Shown: in pieces, positions 10,341 through 21,360 of the stretch
How positions within the stretch are numbered: the first letter of the stretch is position 1
Layout of the letters: the number at the start of each line of letters is the position of its first letter
Virus record (IMG/VR): IMGVR_UViG_3300045988_162050
Length of the DNA: 43,449 bases
DNA from: a virus
Direction: 5' to 3' (one strand)
Notes under the pieces: generated by a model
What the model was told of the DNA's origin: nothing
Database searches by the model: none
Seen by the model: the letters and a program-made list of their open reading frames with translations, nothing else
Program-made: the position numbers and the translations under genes

Positions 10341-10955
10341 ATGAAAAGAGAAGAACTAAAAGCTATGGGCCTAACAGATGAACAAATAGAATCTGTTATG
10401 GCTAAAAATGGTGCAGAGGTTGCTGCACTAAATACTCAGATTACAACCTTACAATCTGAAAAATCACAATTAGAGAATGACAAGAAAGTTATTACAAAAG
10501 AAAAAGAAGATAAGGAAAAAGCAATTGCAGATTTACAAAAGAATAGTATTTCAAAAGATGAATACGACAAAAAGATTAAAGAAATAGAGGATAATGCCAA
10601 GAAAGAAAATGAAGAATATATTTATAATGATTTATTAAACAAAGGTCTAGATGATGCCAAAGTGCTAAAAGACAATCTTACAAGAGAAGCGTTTATTGCA
10701 TTAATAAATAAAGATAAAGATAAAATCAAATTATCTGATGATAAGAAATCCTTAATTGGGTTAAAAGAATTAACAGATAATTATAAAAAGCAAGCACCTC
10801 ATTTCTTTGAAAAGAAAAAAGCAAGTGGTTATGAACCAATTGATCCCGATGGAAATAAGGGAGATGATGATGGTGAAATTAGTATGGCTGCTAATTTTGC
10901 TAAAGAGGCTAATAAAAGTGAAAGCCAAAATACAAAAAGCCAATTTTTTAATTAA
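10341..10955 (+). CDS. phage scaffolding protein (minor structural GP20-like)
   Basis: MKREELKAMGLTDEQIESVMAKNGAEVAALNTQI plus coiled coil; SD aaaggag upstream supports 10341 rather than 10140. Confidence 0.85.
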   Translation: MKREELKAMGLTDEQIESVMAKNGAEVAALNTQITTLQSEKSQLENDKKVITKEKEDKEKAIADLQKNSISKDEYDKKIKEIEDNAKKENEEYIYNDLLNKGLDDAKVLKDNLTREAFIALINKDKDKIKLSDDKKSLIGLKELTDNYKKQAPHFFEKKKASGYEPIDPDGNKGDDDGEISMAANFAKEANKSESQNTKSQFFN

Positions 10956-10976
10956 ATTTTTTAGGAGGTAAAAATT

Positions 10977-11282
10977 ATGTATGTTAATAAAGAAAGTGTA
11001 AAAGAAAAAAATTTTTTAGCATCAGCAAAATACCAAAACTTTACTGAGCAAGTAGATGATACAGGTATAGAAGCGGATGAAAAAGGTAGAAAAATAGTTC
11101 AAGCAGGAACAGTGTATAAAAAAGGTGGAAAGGCAATAGGTTTAGTATTTGCCGATGTTGATGTAACATATGGACCACAACCTGCAGCAATAATGGTTGA
11201 GGGATATGTTTTAGAGGCAAGATTACCTGCAGTTGTATCTTCAGAAGATAAAGCAACAATGACAGGAATTAAATTTAGATAA
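10977..11282 (+). CDS. hypothetical head protein (capsid-decoration-like position)
   Basis: 101 aa ORF with SD aggagg, between scaffold and major capsid genes. Confidence 0.6.
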   Translation: MYVNKESVKEKNFLASAKYQNFTEQVDDTGIEADEKGRKIVQAGTVYKKGGKAIGLVFADVDVTYGPQPAAIMVEGYVLEARLPAVVSSEDKATMTGIKFR

Positions 11283-11324
11283 AATATAATGATAAAAAAT
11301 AATAAAAAAGGAGAGTGTGTTAAT

Positions 11325-12344
11325 ATGCCAAAAAGTGTATTAGAATTATTTAATCAAAAAGAAGTTTTAAATTATTTAAAAGAAAGAAAATTCCCAGCTT
11401 TAATGGGTGAGGAGTTATTTCCAGAAACAAAAAAACAAAGTCTTGAATTCGATGTTTTAACAAATGCAAGTAAAACACCAGTTATAGCAAGTGTTCATGG
11501 TTTTGATACAGAATCAGAAATAGGACAAAGGGAAGCAGAGAAAAAAGCTGTTGAATTAGCTTTAATCAAAAGAAAAATGCAATTAAAAGAAAAAGAAATT
11601 ATTGCATTAGAAAGTCCAAGAAATGATGCTGAAAGACAAGCTTTAATGAAAGATGTTTATAATGATTTTGATAATTTAGTGGAATCAGTAAGAGCAAGAG
11701 TAGAAAAAATGAGAATGGATGTTATTGCTAATGGTGTTATAACATTAGATGAGAACGAATTGAATGCTACTATTGATTATGGTGTACCAACTGAAAACAA
11801 AGTTGCAAATGTTGATTGGTCATTAGAATCATCAAACCCAGTAAATGATATAATTTCATGGGCAAATAAATTAGATCAAATGCCAGGAAGAATAATAACT
11901 TCAAATACTGTACTTGCAAAAATTTTATCAAATAAAAATGTTGTAAACGCACTATTTGGAAAAGATAGTACAAGAATTGCAAGTGTCGGGGAATTAAATA
12001 CATATTTAAATTCTCTAGGACTACCAAGCATTTATACATATGACAGAAAATATAGAAAATTAGAAAAGAATGGTACATATACAAAACATAGATATTTCCC
12101 AGAAAATAAATTTGTTATGATTCCTAATGAAACATTAGGAGAAACAGTTTATGGACCAACAGCAGAAGAAATAAGATTACAAAGAAATCCTGCTATTGAT
12201 GTTAGAACTGTTGGAAAAATCTTTGCTTGTATGTATGAAGAAGGATTAGATCCTGTAAGCACTTGGGAAAAAGCAGTTGCTACAGCTTTACCAACATTAA
12301 GTTGTGCTGAAGATATCTTCCAAGCAGAAATAAAACTATCATAA
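11325..12344 (+). CDS. major capsid protein
   Basis: SVLELFNQKEVLNYLKERKFPALMGEELFPETK resembles the phage capsid E family; position after scaffold. Start chosen at 11325 after aaaaaaggagag. Confidence 0.85.
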   Translation: MPKSVLELFNQKEVLNYLKERKFPALMGEELFPETKKQSLEFDVLTNASKTPVIASVHGFDTESEIGQREAEKKAVELALIKRKMQLKEKEIIALESPRNDAERQALMKDVYNDFDNLVESVRARVEKMRMDVIANGVITLDENELNATIDYGVPTENKVANVDWSLESSNPVNDIISWANKLDQMPGRIITSNTVLAKILSNKNVVNALFGKDSTRIASVGELNTYLNSLGLPSIYTYDRKYRKLEKNGTYTKHRYFPENKFVMIPNETLGETVYGPTAEEIRLQRNPAIDVRTVGKIFACMYEEGLDPVSTWEKAVATALPTLSCAEDIFQAEIKLS

Positions 12345-12370
12345 GGTAAGGACATTAGTCTTTACCTTAT
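12341..12370 (+). terminator. hairpin after the capsid gene (terminator, attenuator or processing site)
   Basis: ATAAGGTAAGGAC-atta-GTCTTTACCTTAT, 13 bp stem with one G:T; weak T tract. Confidence 0.6.
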
Positions 12371-12391
12371 TCTTGAAAGGAGAAAGAATTT

Positions 12392-12799
12392 ATGAAAAGA
12401 AAAGTAAGAGTAACAGGCCCTGGAGTTAAATTAAATAACATATGGTGCTATATCAATGAGGAAGCTGTAATTGATGAAAAACAATATAAAGAAAATGAAA
12501 AATATGTTGAAGTTATAGAAGAAATTGAAGAAACTAAAACAGAAGATATAAAACCAGCAGCACCAGTAGTTCAAACAGAACCAGTAGAAGAAAAAGAAAA
12601 AATGCAAGAAGATAACAATCCAGAAAGTAATGAAAAAACAGAAAATGATGAGCAAACAGAAGATGAAGAATTAGAAGCATTAAAAGAAAAAGCTAAAAAA
12701 CTTGGAATAAAAAATGCTCATAATATGAAAAAAGAAACATTGATTGCTAAAATTGAAGAAGAAAAAGCAGGAGAAGGCCAAAATCCAGAAGGAGAGTAG
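12392..12799 (+). CDS. head protein with C-terminal SAP/Rho-N-like helical domain
   Basis: EELEALKEKAKKLGIKNAHNMKKETLIAKIEEE. Confidence 0.55.
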   Translation: MKRKVRVTGPGVKLNNIWCYINEEAVIDEKQYKENEKYVEVIEEIEETKTEDIKPAAPVVQTEPVEEKEKMQEDNNPESNEKTENDEQTEDEELEALKEKAKKLGIKNAHNMKKETLIAKIEEEKAGEGQNPEGE

Positions 12800-12807
12800 G
12801 TGAAAAT

Positions 12808-13281
12808 ATGGTTGATAAAATAAAAAATAAAACTAATATAGATGTAGATAAATTTATAGAAAGACTAAAAAAAGAATTATCTATAAATACTATTTCAAAT
12901 GATGAAAAGAAAAAAGAAGCAAATGAACAATTAGTTTATTGTATATATGATGTTTTAGTTATTATATTAGATGTAACACACCAAAATATAATTTCAGAGG
13001 GATTATATACAACATGGCTAAATATGGTAAAAGATTATTGGTACTTAAATAAGTATGATGATCAATTTGTAAAAAGTATAGATGCTGAAGAAAATGAGGA
13101 CAAAAATGTCAAAGTTAAAAGTATTCAAGTAGGAGATACAACAACTACATTTGCTGATACAACCTCACAAATTGAAATAAATGGGACAACATACAATACC
13201 GGAACAATAGATTTTGATAATGATATTCTAATAGAAAAGTATAAAAAGGCTTTATATAGGCATCGAAAGATGAGGTGGTAA
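12808..13281 (+). CDS. head-tail connector-like protein
   Basis: 157 aa, position after capsid genes. Confidence 0.5.
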   Translation: MVDKIKNKTNIDVDKFIERLKKELSINTISNDEKKKEANEQLVYCIYDVLVIILDVTHQNIISEGLYTTWLNMVKDYWYLNKYDDQFVKSIDAEENEDKNVKVKSIQVGDTTTTFADTTSQIEINGTTYNTGTIDFDNDILIEKYKKALYRHRKMRW

Positions 13282-13282
13282 T

Positions 13283-13648
13283 ATGAACCAATATACATTG
13301 ATTGCAAGAAAAAATATTGAAAAACAATATGACTCGGAATGTACGATTTATGAATTAAAACCTAAAGTAATTAACAATATAACAAAAGATGTTGAAACAG
13401 AAGTCTTTAAAAATGAAAAATGTAGGATTTCATTCGAAGACATTTATGTGAATACACAAACAGATACGGAAGCAAAAAAAGTACAGAAAATAAAGTTATT
13501 TATTGCACCAGAACTAGAAATTAAACCAGGAAGTCTAATAATTGTAACAGGCAGAGGAAGAACCACAAAGTATAAAAATAGTGGTATGCCAGCAGTTTAT
13601 GATACACATCAAGAAATAATTTTGGAATTATGGAAAGGATGGGCATAA
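13283..13648 (+). CDS. head closure-like protein
   Basis: 121 aa; KPGSLIIVTGRGRTTKYKNSGMPAVYDTHQEI; position. Confidence 0.5.
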   Translation: MNQYTLIARKNIEKQYDSECTIYELKPKVINNITKDVETEVFKNEKCRISFEDIYVNTQTDTEAKKVQKIKLFIAPELEIKPGSLIIVTGRGRTTKYKNSGMPAVYDTHQEIILELWKGWA

Positions 13649-14199
13649 TGGCTAAATGGGGAATGTGTGATTTTAGTGAATTGGAAAAGTTAGAAAAAGA
13701 ATTTGAAAAATTAGCAAAAACAGATGTAGAAAAATTTTGCAAAGATGTAGCCAAAGAACTTGCTGCTAGATTATTATCAAAAGTTATTCCTAGAACACCT
13801 GTTGGGGAGGGAACCTTTGAAGTAATAAATGAAAAAAAATATACAATAAAAAGTGGTGGAACTTTAAGAAGAGGATGGACAGCGAACACAGAAGCAGAAG
13901 CGGAAAGTGGAAGTGTACCGGATCCAACTACATATGCAGATTCTTTGAAAATTTTTAAGTTTGGTAACAACTATATTGTCATTGTTGAAAATCCAGTTAA
14001 ATATGCATCCTATGTTGAATATGGACATAGACAAGAACCTGGCAGATATGTTCCTGCGTTGGGCAAACGACTAAAGCAAAGTTGGGTTGAAGGAAAATAT
14101 ATGTTGACTATATCTGAAAAGGAACTTGAATCACAGTTGCCAGCAATATTAGAACAAAAAATGAAAAAATATATAGAGGAGTGTTTAAATAATGGTTAA
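13648..14199 (+). CDS. HK97 gp10-like neck/tail-completion protein
   Basis: AAELAARLLSKVIPRTPVG...GTLRRGWT...YASYVEYGHRQEPGRYVPALG. Confidence 0.8.
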   Translation: MAKWGMCDFSELEKLEKEFEKLAKTDVEKFCKDVAKELAARLLSKVIPRTPVGEGTFEVINEKKYTIKSGGTLRRGWTANTEAEAESGSVPDPTTYADSLKIFKFGNNYIVIVENPVKYASYVEYGHRQEPGRYVPALGKRLKQSWVEGKYMLTISEKELESQLPAILEQKMKKYIEECLNNG

Positions 14200-14653
14200 A
14201 AGTGTAGTAAATGAGATTATACAGGGAATAGCAAATAAAATCGCACTACTATATAAAGATAAAGGCCAATATCCAATATATACTGATAGAAAATTACAAA
14301 ATCTTGAAAAACCTTGTTTTTTTATAAAAGTTCTTAATGGAGAAGAAAAAAAAGAAATAGGATTGAAAGATAGATTTTATAGAGATTTATTAAGTATAGT
14401 AATTATTGGGTATGCAATGGATGAAGATACTGAAGTATTAAATGATATGAGTGATACATTATATGAATTAGAATATATAGAATTATCAGACAAATCAAAA
14501 ATAAGGGCAGATAAATTGAACCATAAAATAGAAGATGGAATTTTACATTTCTTTATAGATTATAAATTATTTATAAAGAAAGATATTAACGAAACAACTA
14601 AAATGAATGATTATAGTTTGAGTGGGGAGGTAAAAGAAGATGAAGAAAACTAA
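14192..14653 (+). CDS. tail terminator-like protein
   Basis: MVKSVVNEIIQGIANKIALLYKDKGQYPIYTD...LEKPCFFIKVLNGEEK, position. Confidence 0.6.
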   Translation: MVKSVVNEIIQGIANKIALLYKDKGQYPIYTDRKLQNLEKPCFFIKVLNGEEKKEIGLKDRFYRDLLSIVIIGYAMDEDTEVLNDMSDTLYELEYIELSDKSKIRADKLNHKIEDGILHFFIDYKLFIKKDINETTKMNDYSLSGEVKEDEEN

Positions 14654-14822
14654 AAAGGAACCTATAAGTGAAGAAAAATATACAAAAAGTCAAATAGTTA
14701 ATTCAAAAATCTATATTAGTAATAGAGATTTATTAAATGCAGTTTTAAGAGAAAATAAGAAATATACTAAAATAGAAATTGATGAAATAATAAAAAATTA
14801 TATGAAAGGAAAGGTGAACTAG
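14640..14822 (+). CDS. hypothetical small protein
   Basis: 60 aa, overlapping flanks in the tail operon. Confidence 0.5.
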   Translation: MKKTKKEPISEEKYTKSQIVNSKIYISNRDLLNAVLRENKKYTKIEIDEIIKNYMKGKVN

Positions 14823-14824
14823 TT

Positions 14825-16114
14825 ATGCTAGGAGGAGGAAATTTTATAAGTCAAAATAAAAAGTTACCAGGTACTTATATTAACTTTGCATCAGCACAAG
14901 CCACATCTTCTAAAATAGGAGAAAGAGGAATTGCTGCAATGGCAATAGAAATGGACTGGGGACAAGATGAAAGCATTATTGAAGTAACATCAGAGAATTT
15001 TACAAAAAATTCATTAAAAATATTTGGTTATGATTATTCAAATGAAAAATTAAAAGGAATAAGAGATTTATTTAAAAATATCAAAAAAGCATATTTTTAT
15101 AGATTAAATTCTGGAAATAAGGCTACAAATGACCTTGCAACAGCAAAATGTAGTGGGGTTAGGGGTAATGACATAAAAATAGTTATAGCAAAAAATATTG
15201 ATGAAGATAGTAAATATGATGTAAGTACATATTTAGGAACAAAAGAAGTAGATGTTCAAACAGTTAAAACAGTAAATGAACTAGTAGATAATGACTATGT
15301 TACATTTAAAATGCAAACTCTTGCTGTAACAGCAGGAAAAGCTCTAGCTGGAGGAACAAATGGTGATGTAAGTGGAGAAGCACATCAAAAATTTTTAGAT
15401 AAGTTAGAATCATATGAAATAAATGCCGTTGGATGTACTGCTAAAGATGAATCAACTTCTAATTTATATGTTCAATATGCTAAAAGAATGAGAGATGAAC
15501 AAGGAATTAAATTTCAAGCAGTTGTATATAACAATTCAGCAAATTATGAGGGTGTTGTAAATGTTAAGAATACAACTGTTGAAGATGATTCAGCACTTGT
15601 TTATTGGGTTACAGGAGTAATTGCTGGTTGTGAAATAAATAGATCAAATACAAATAAAACATATGATGGAGAATATACAGTAAATGCTGATTATACACAA
15701 GCACAATTAGAAAATTCAATAGATAATGGAGAATTTATACTTCATAAAGTTGGAGATGAAGTTAGAGTATTGGTAGATATAAATAGTTTAGTAGATATTA
15801 CAAGTGAAAAAGGCGAAGAATTTAAATCTAATCAAACAATAAGAGTTCTAGATCAAATTGCTTCTGATGTAGCAAGTGTATTTAATTCTAAATATCTTGG
15901 AAAAATAGCAAATAATGAAGCCGGAAGAACATCACTTTGGGCTGATATAGTTGCTTTATTCAAAGATTATCAAACTTTACAAGCAATTGAAAATTTTGAA
16001 GATGAAGATATTAAAGTTGCAATTGGAAATGATAAAAAATCAGTAACAATTGAAACAAGTGTACAAGTAATAAATGCAATGGAAAAATTATATATGACCG
16101 TTGTTGTAGAATAA
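14825..16114 (+). CDS. contractile tail sheath protein, XkdK-like
   Basis: GGGNFISQNKKLPGTYINFASAQATSSKIGERGIAAM...NEAGRTSLWADIVALFKDYQTLQAIENFEDEDIKV. Confidence 0.9.
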   Translation: MLGGGNFISQNKKLPGTYINFASAQATSSKIGERGIAAMAIEMDWGQDESIIEVTSENFTKNSLKIFGYDYSNEKLKGIRDLFKNIKKAYFYRLNSGNKATNDLATAKCSGVRGNDIKIVIAKNIDEDSKYDVSTYLGTKEVDVQTVKTVNELVDNDYVTFKMQTLAVTAGKALAGGTNGDVSGEAHQKFLDKLESYEINAVGCTAKDESTSNLYVQYAKRMRDEQGIKFQAVVYNNSANYEGVVNVKNTTVEDDSALVYWVTGVIAGCEINRSNTNKTYDGEYTVNADYTQAQLENSIDNGEFILHKVGDEVRVLVDINSLVDITSEKGEEFKSNQTIRVLDQIASDVASVFNSKYLGKIANNEAGRTSLWADIVALFKDYQTLQAIENFEDEDIKVAIGNDKKSVTIETSVQVINAMEKLYMTVVVE

Positions 16115-16162
16115 AAGAGAGCTTTTTAAGTTCTCTAATTTTTTTATAAGGAGGAATTTTAA

Positions 16163-16636
16163 ATGGCAAATATTACAATGAATGCAAAAGATGCCGTTAG
16201 TGCAAAATTAGCAGAATGCTATGTTACTATTGAAGGCAGAAGATATTTACTAATGCAAGGTAAGGATTTTGAAGCAAAATTTGAAAAAACAAAGAAAGAA
16301 ATAAATGTGTTAGGAAAGACTGGTTCTGGTAATAAATCAACAGGATGGAAAGGAACTGGAAAAATAACAATATATAAAAATACATCAATATTTGATGAAC
16401 TAATGGAAAGATACAAAAATACAGGAGAAGATATATACTTTGATATACAAGTATCAAATAGTGATCCTACATCAGCAGCAGGAGTTTGCACAATGGTATT
16501 TTCAGGATGTAATGTAGATGGTGGAGTTTTAGCTTCATTTGATGTAGATGGTGATTTCCTAGAACAAGAAATTGACTTTACATTTGAAGATTTTTCAAAT
16601 CCAACAAAATTTACACAATTAGCAGGTATGCAATAA
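16163..16636 (+). CDS. tail tube protein, XkdM-like
   Basis: NAKDAVSAKLAECYVTIEGRRYLLMQGKDFEAKFEKTKKEINVLGKTGSGNKSTGWKGTGKITIYKNTSIF. Confidence 0.88.
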   Translation: MANITMNAKDAVSAKLAECYVTIEGRRYLLMQGKDFEAKFEKTKKEINVLGKTGSGNKSTGWKGTGKITIYKNTSIFDELMERYKNTGEDIYFDIQVSNSDPTSAAGVCTMVFSGCNVDGGVLASFDVDGDFLEQEIDFTFEDFSNPTKFTQLAGMQ

Positions 16637-16677
16637 AAATAAAATAAAAAAATAGTTAATGAAAGGAAAGATAAGAT

Positions 16678-17258
16678 ATGAGTTTAGAAAGTTTTATGTT
16701 GAAAGATGAAGTAAAAGAAGTTGAATATGTTGCTTCTAATAGATTTGTAGATAAAGAAGGAAAAGTAGAAAAATGGAAACTAAAAACCATTACTGCAGAT
16801 GAAAACGATGCAATAAGAAAACAATGCTATAAACAAGTTCAAGTAGGAAAAAGAATGAAACAAGAATTTGATACTGTAAAATATTTAGAATTATTAGCTG
16901 ATAAATGTGTTGTTTATCCGGATTTGCATAATGTTGAATTACAAGATTTCTATAATGAAATGGATTCAATAAAATTGTTGAAAAAACATTTATTAAACCC
17001 AGGAGAATATGATGATTTAATGCAAGAAATACAAGAAATAAATGGATATAGTTTAGATGATGCGGTTGAAGAAGCAAAAAACTAATTAAGGAAGGCGAGA
17101 GTGATGCTGTATATGCACATTTTTGCCTTCAAAAACTTCATAAATTTCCGCATGAATTTCTAAATCTTCCGTTTAAAGAAAAGGCTTTTGTTATTGCATC
17201 TGTTCAAATAAGAGCAGAAAATGAAAAAGAAGAAGCCAATAAAATTAAAAAGAAATAA
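16678..17258 (+). CDS. tail assembly chaperone; short product ends 17085, long product by -1 frameshift at A_AAA_AAC 17076-17082
   Basis: 0-frame ends gca aaa aac taa; -1 frame is open 17082-17258 encoding LIKEGESDAVYAHFCLQKLHKFPHEFLNLPFKEKAFVIASVQIRAENEKEEANKIKKK with no ATG, immediately before tape measure. Confidence 0.85.
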
Positions 17259-17284
17259 TCTTATTTTTCTAAAAGGAGGAAAAT

Positions 17285-19691
17285 ATGGCTACTATAAAAA
17301 GTTCAATAGTGGTACAAGATATGGCTTCCTCTGTATTTGCAAAAATACATTCTAATGTAAGTAAAACAACAGCAGGATTTAAAAACTTGAATAGTGAAAT
17401 GTCAAACGCTCCAACAAAAGCAATAAATAATGCTGAAAGGTTAAATGCATCGGCAGTAAAAACTGAATTAGCATATCAAGCAGAGTTACAGGTTCTGAGA
17501 CAAGTTGAATCTGAAGCTAAAAAGATTATTGCAGCAGAAGGAACACAAAGTGCAAAAGCACAAGATTTAATTTCTAGTGTGGTTGAACAGAGAAGATTAG
17601 TAGAAGGTTTAAAGAAAGATTATGATAATGTTTCTAGTAGTATTAAAAATTCTCAAAATAGTCAAGAAAGCTTTAATAATAGTGTGAAAAGGACACAGGC
17701 AAACCAAGAGAGACTAAACAATAGTATAAAAAATTCACAAGAAAATCAAGATAAATTTAGTAATAGTATAAATACATCATATAGTAATGGAAATAAACTT
17801 CTTTCTACTATAAAAAAGGTTGCATTAGCAGTTGGTGGTATATCTGCAATAAAAGGATTGTTTAATTTGTCAGATGAAATGACAAATAATAAAGCAAGAT
17901 TAAATTTGATTGTAGATGATGGTGGTAGTGTAGAAGCATTACAAAATAAAATTTTCGTATCTGCAATGAATGCTAGGGCTTCATATCAGACTACTACAGA
18001 TATTATTACAAAACTAGGTTTACAGGCCAGCAAGGCATTTAAAGGAAATGATGAATTAATTGCGTTTGCGGAACAATTAAATAAAACATTTGCAATATCC
18101 GGAACTGAAGCAACAGGAATAGAATCTACAATGTATAACCTAACACAAGCATTATCAACAGGTGTACTTAGAGGGCAAGATTTAAATGCGGTATTTTCAA
18201 ATGCTCCACAAATAGTTCAAAATATTGCAGATTATTTAAATGTTCCAATTGGTAAGATTCGTGATATGGCAGCGGATGGAAAGATTAGTGCACAAATTGT
18301 TAAAAACGCAATGCTAAAAGCGGCAGATGAAACAAATGCAAAATTTAATAAGATGCCAATGACTTGGAATCAAGTATTTACCAAAATGAAGAATATTGCA
18401 ATAAAAGCACTAGATCCTGTTCTTAATAAAATAAATGCATTAGCAAATAATCAACAAGTGCAAGAAATGTTTAATATGTTTATAAATGGTGCCAGTTTAG
18501 CAGCACAGGCAATTTTAAGCTTAATAGAAGGTATATCATGGCTGTTAAGTGTATTAGAACCTGTAGCACCAGTTATACTTGGATTAGTAGGAGCCTATGT
18601 TGGATTTAATATAGTTTCAATGATTGCAAGTGGACTTTTAGGTATGTTGTCAATAGCACATGGAATTGCAGGAGCGGCAGAAATGTTACATTCTGGACAA
18701 ACTATGGCAGCAACTGCAGCACAATGGGGATTAAATTCTGCATTGTTAGCGTGTCCAATTACTTGGATTGTGATTTTGATAATGGCCTTAATTGTTGCAC
18801 TAACATATTTGTGGTTTACTAATGACAAGGTGGCTTATGGAATTCTTTATGTTTGGGATGCATTGAAATTAGGAATAATGGTTGCTGGACTTGGAATTCA
18901 AGGTGTATTTTATGCAATAGTTTTAGGTGCTATGGCATTATGGTTAGGAATTCAAACTTGTGTACTTGGAGCAATGGGTGCTTGGTATGCATTTCAAACA
19001 GGAGTCGAGGCTGTTTGTTTGGGAGTTTTAAGTATTTTCCAAGGCTTATATAATGGAGTTGTTTGGTTGGTAAACCGGAATAATTCAAGCGTTGAATAAA
19101 ATACCAGGAGTGCAAATAGATACTGTTGAAGCAGCACACTTTGCTGATGACTTTGCAAGTAAAATGACAAATAATATCATAGATAGAAATGCAAAATTAC
19201 AAGAAATGGCTAGTCAAATGGATGGAACTGTCGACAAGATAAACCAATTAAAAGGTGAATTTGGAACGAAACTTAATGCATCAGCAACCAATATACAAAA
19301 TACGGCAATAGATATGAATAATACTCGACAAGACAGAGTAGATCATAGAAATGACTGGATAAATGGTGCTGGAAATGCTATAAAAAATGTGTTAAACGAT
19401 AAGAGTTTCACAATAGATCCATCACAGTTTGGAAATACACTAGGAGATATTGCTGGAAATACAAAGGACACAGCCAATAACACTAAACAAATAACAGATG
19501 AAGATTTAAAATATTTAATAGATATAGCAGAAAGAGATACTATAAATAGATTTACAACCGTTCCATTAACTATAAATATGACTAACAATAATAATATTGA
19601 TAGTGAAACAGACATTGATGGGATAGTTGATTCTTTAACAAAAAGGTTAGAGGAAGAATTAGAATATATTTCAGATGGAGTACATGAATAG
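17285..19691 (+). CDS. tape measure protein, split by +1 frameshift at CGG 19076-19078
   Basis: Tape-measure N-domain followed by multiple hydrophobic segments; joined product reads [11 protein letters not shown]|[26 protein letters not shown]. Confidence 0.88.
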
Positions 19692-19702
19692 GAGGGATTT
19701 TA

Positions 19703-20377
19703 ATGGCATATTATTTTTATTTAGGCAATGTACTTCTTCCCATTCCTCCTAGCAAACTTGAACTAAAAATAAGTAATAATAATAAGACATATAATTTGAT
19801 AAATTATTCACAAATAAATGTTTTGAAAAACCCAGGATTGTCAAGTTTGGAATTTGAAGTTGTACTACCTAATACAAAATATCCTTTTGCAATGTATAAA
19901 AACAATTTTCAAAATGCCAAATATTATTTAGGTGTATTAGAGAATTTAAAAGTCAATAGATCTGCTTTTCAGTTTATAGTTGTTAGAAAATTTCCAAATG
20001 GTAAAGACATTTTTAATACTAATATTAAAGTGGCGTTGGAAGAATACACTATAACTGATACAACAGAAGAAGGTTTTGATACAAAAGTAAAAATAAAACT
20101 AAAACAATATAAAGAATATTCGACAAAAAAGGTACAAGTAACAATAAAACAATATAGACCACCAGCAGTTACAAGAACAGTTACAACTAATAATACTGCA
20201 GTAGCGAAACCAAGTGGACAAAATTATACAGTAAAAAGAGGAGATTGTTTATGGAATATAGCAAAGAGATTTTATGGAAATGGTGCTAAATATACAACTA
20301 TTTATAATGCTAATAGAAGTAAAATAAGAAATCCAAATTTGATATATCCAGGTCAAGTTCTATGGATACCATCATAG
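19703..20377 (+). CDS. LysM baseplate protein, XkdP-like
   Basis: [23 protein letters not shown]...[50 protein letters not shown]. Confidence 0.88.
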   Translation: MAYYFYLGNVLLPIPPSKLELKISNNNKTYNLINYSQINVLKNPGLSSLEFEVVLPNTKYPFAMYKNNFQNAKYYLGVLENLKVNRSAFQFIVVRKFPNGKDIFNTNIKVALEEYTITDTTEEGFDTKVKIKLKQYKEYSTKKVQVTIKQYRPPAVTRTVTTNNTAVAKPSGQNYTVKRGDCLWNIAKRFYGNGAKYTTIYNANRSKIRNPNLIYPGQVLWIPS

Positions 20378-20388
20378 GAGGGAAGAAA

Positions 20389-21352
20389 ATGAGCCAACAA
20401 TTATTAATTCAAAATGGGAATACTGTATATGAACCAGTAGTTCAAGATGAAATAACTTGGACTACTGAAAGAAAAGGTGCTGCTGGAAAATTAGAATTTA
20501 AAGTTGTTAAAGATGATATAATTAACTTTGAAGAAGGAAATCCAGTAGCATTTAAAGTTGATAATACAAATTTATTTTATGGTTTTGTGTTTAGAAAAAA
20601 ACGTGATAAGGAACAAATAATAACAACAACAGCATACGATCAGCTTCGATATTTAAAAAATAAAGATACTAGAGTATATGTAAATAAAAGAGCAGATGAA
20701 GTGGTACGCTCTATTGCTAGTGATTTTCAATTAAATTGCCGGAATACTTGAAAATACAGGATATGTGATAGCAAAAAAGACTGAAAGTAATCAGTCTTTA
20801 TTTGATATTATATTAAATGCACTAGATGAAACAATAAGGAATAGAAAAGAAATGTATGTTCTGTATGATGATTTTGGAAAATTGTGTTTGAAAAACCTAG
20901 AAAGAATGAAAGTAGGATTAGTGATAGATGAAGAAACTGGAGAAAATTTTGATTATGAAAGTTCCATAGATTCAGATACATATAATCAAATAAAGCTTAC
21001 ATACGATAACTCTGACACAGGAAAAAGAGAAGTATATATGGCGAAAGATTCAAGTAATATTGAAAAGTGGGGAGTATTACAATATTTTGACACAATAGAT
21101 GAAAAAACTAATGGAGCAGTTAAAGCAAGAGCACTACTAGATTTATATAATCAAAAAACACGAAGCCTAGAAATAAAAAACGCATTAGGAGATATTAGGG
21201 TTAGAGGTGGTTCACTTATAATAGTAAATCTAAATTTGGGTGATGTTAGGCTTCAAAACTTTATGTTAGTAGAAAAAGCAAAACATACTTTTAAAAATGG
21301 AGAACATTTTATGGATTTAACATTAAGGGGCCAAAACTTTATATCTCAATAG
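20389..21352 (+). CDS. XkdQ-like baseplate hub protein, split by +1 frameshift at CGG 20740-20742
   Basis: Joined product reads EVVRSIASDFQLNC|GILENTGYVIAKKTESNQSLFDIILNALDET. Confidence 0.85.
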
Positions 21353-21360
21353 GGGGAAAT

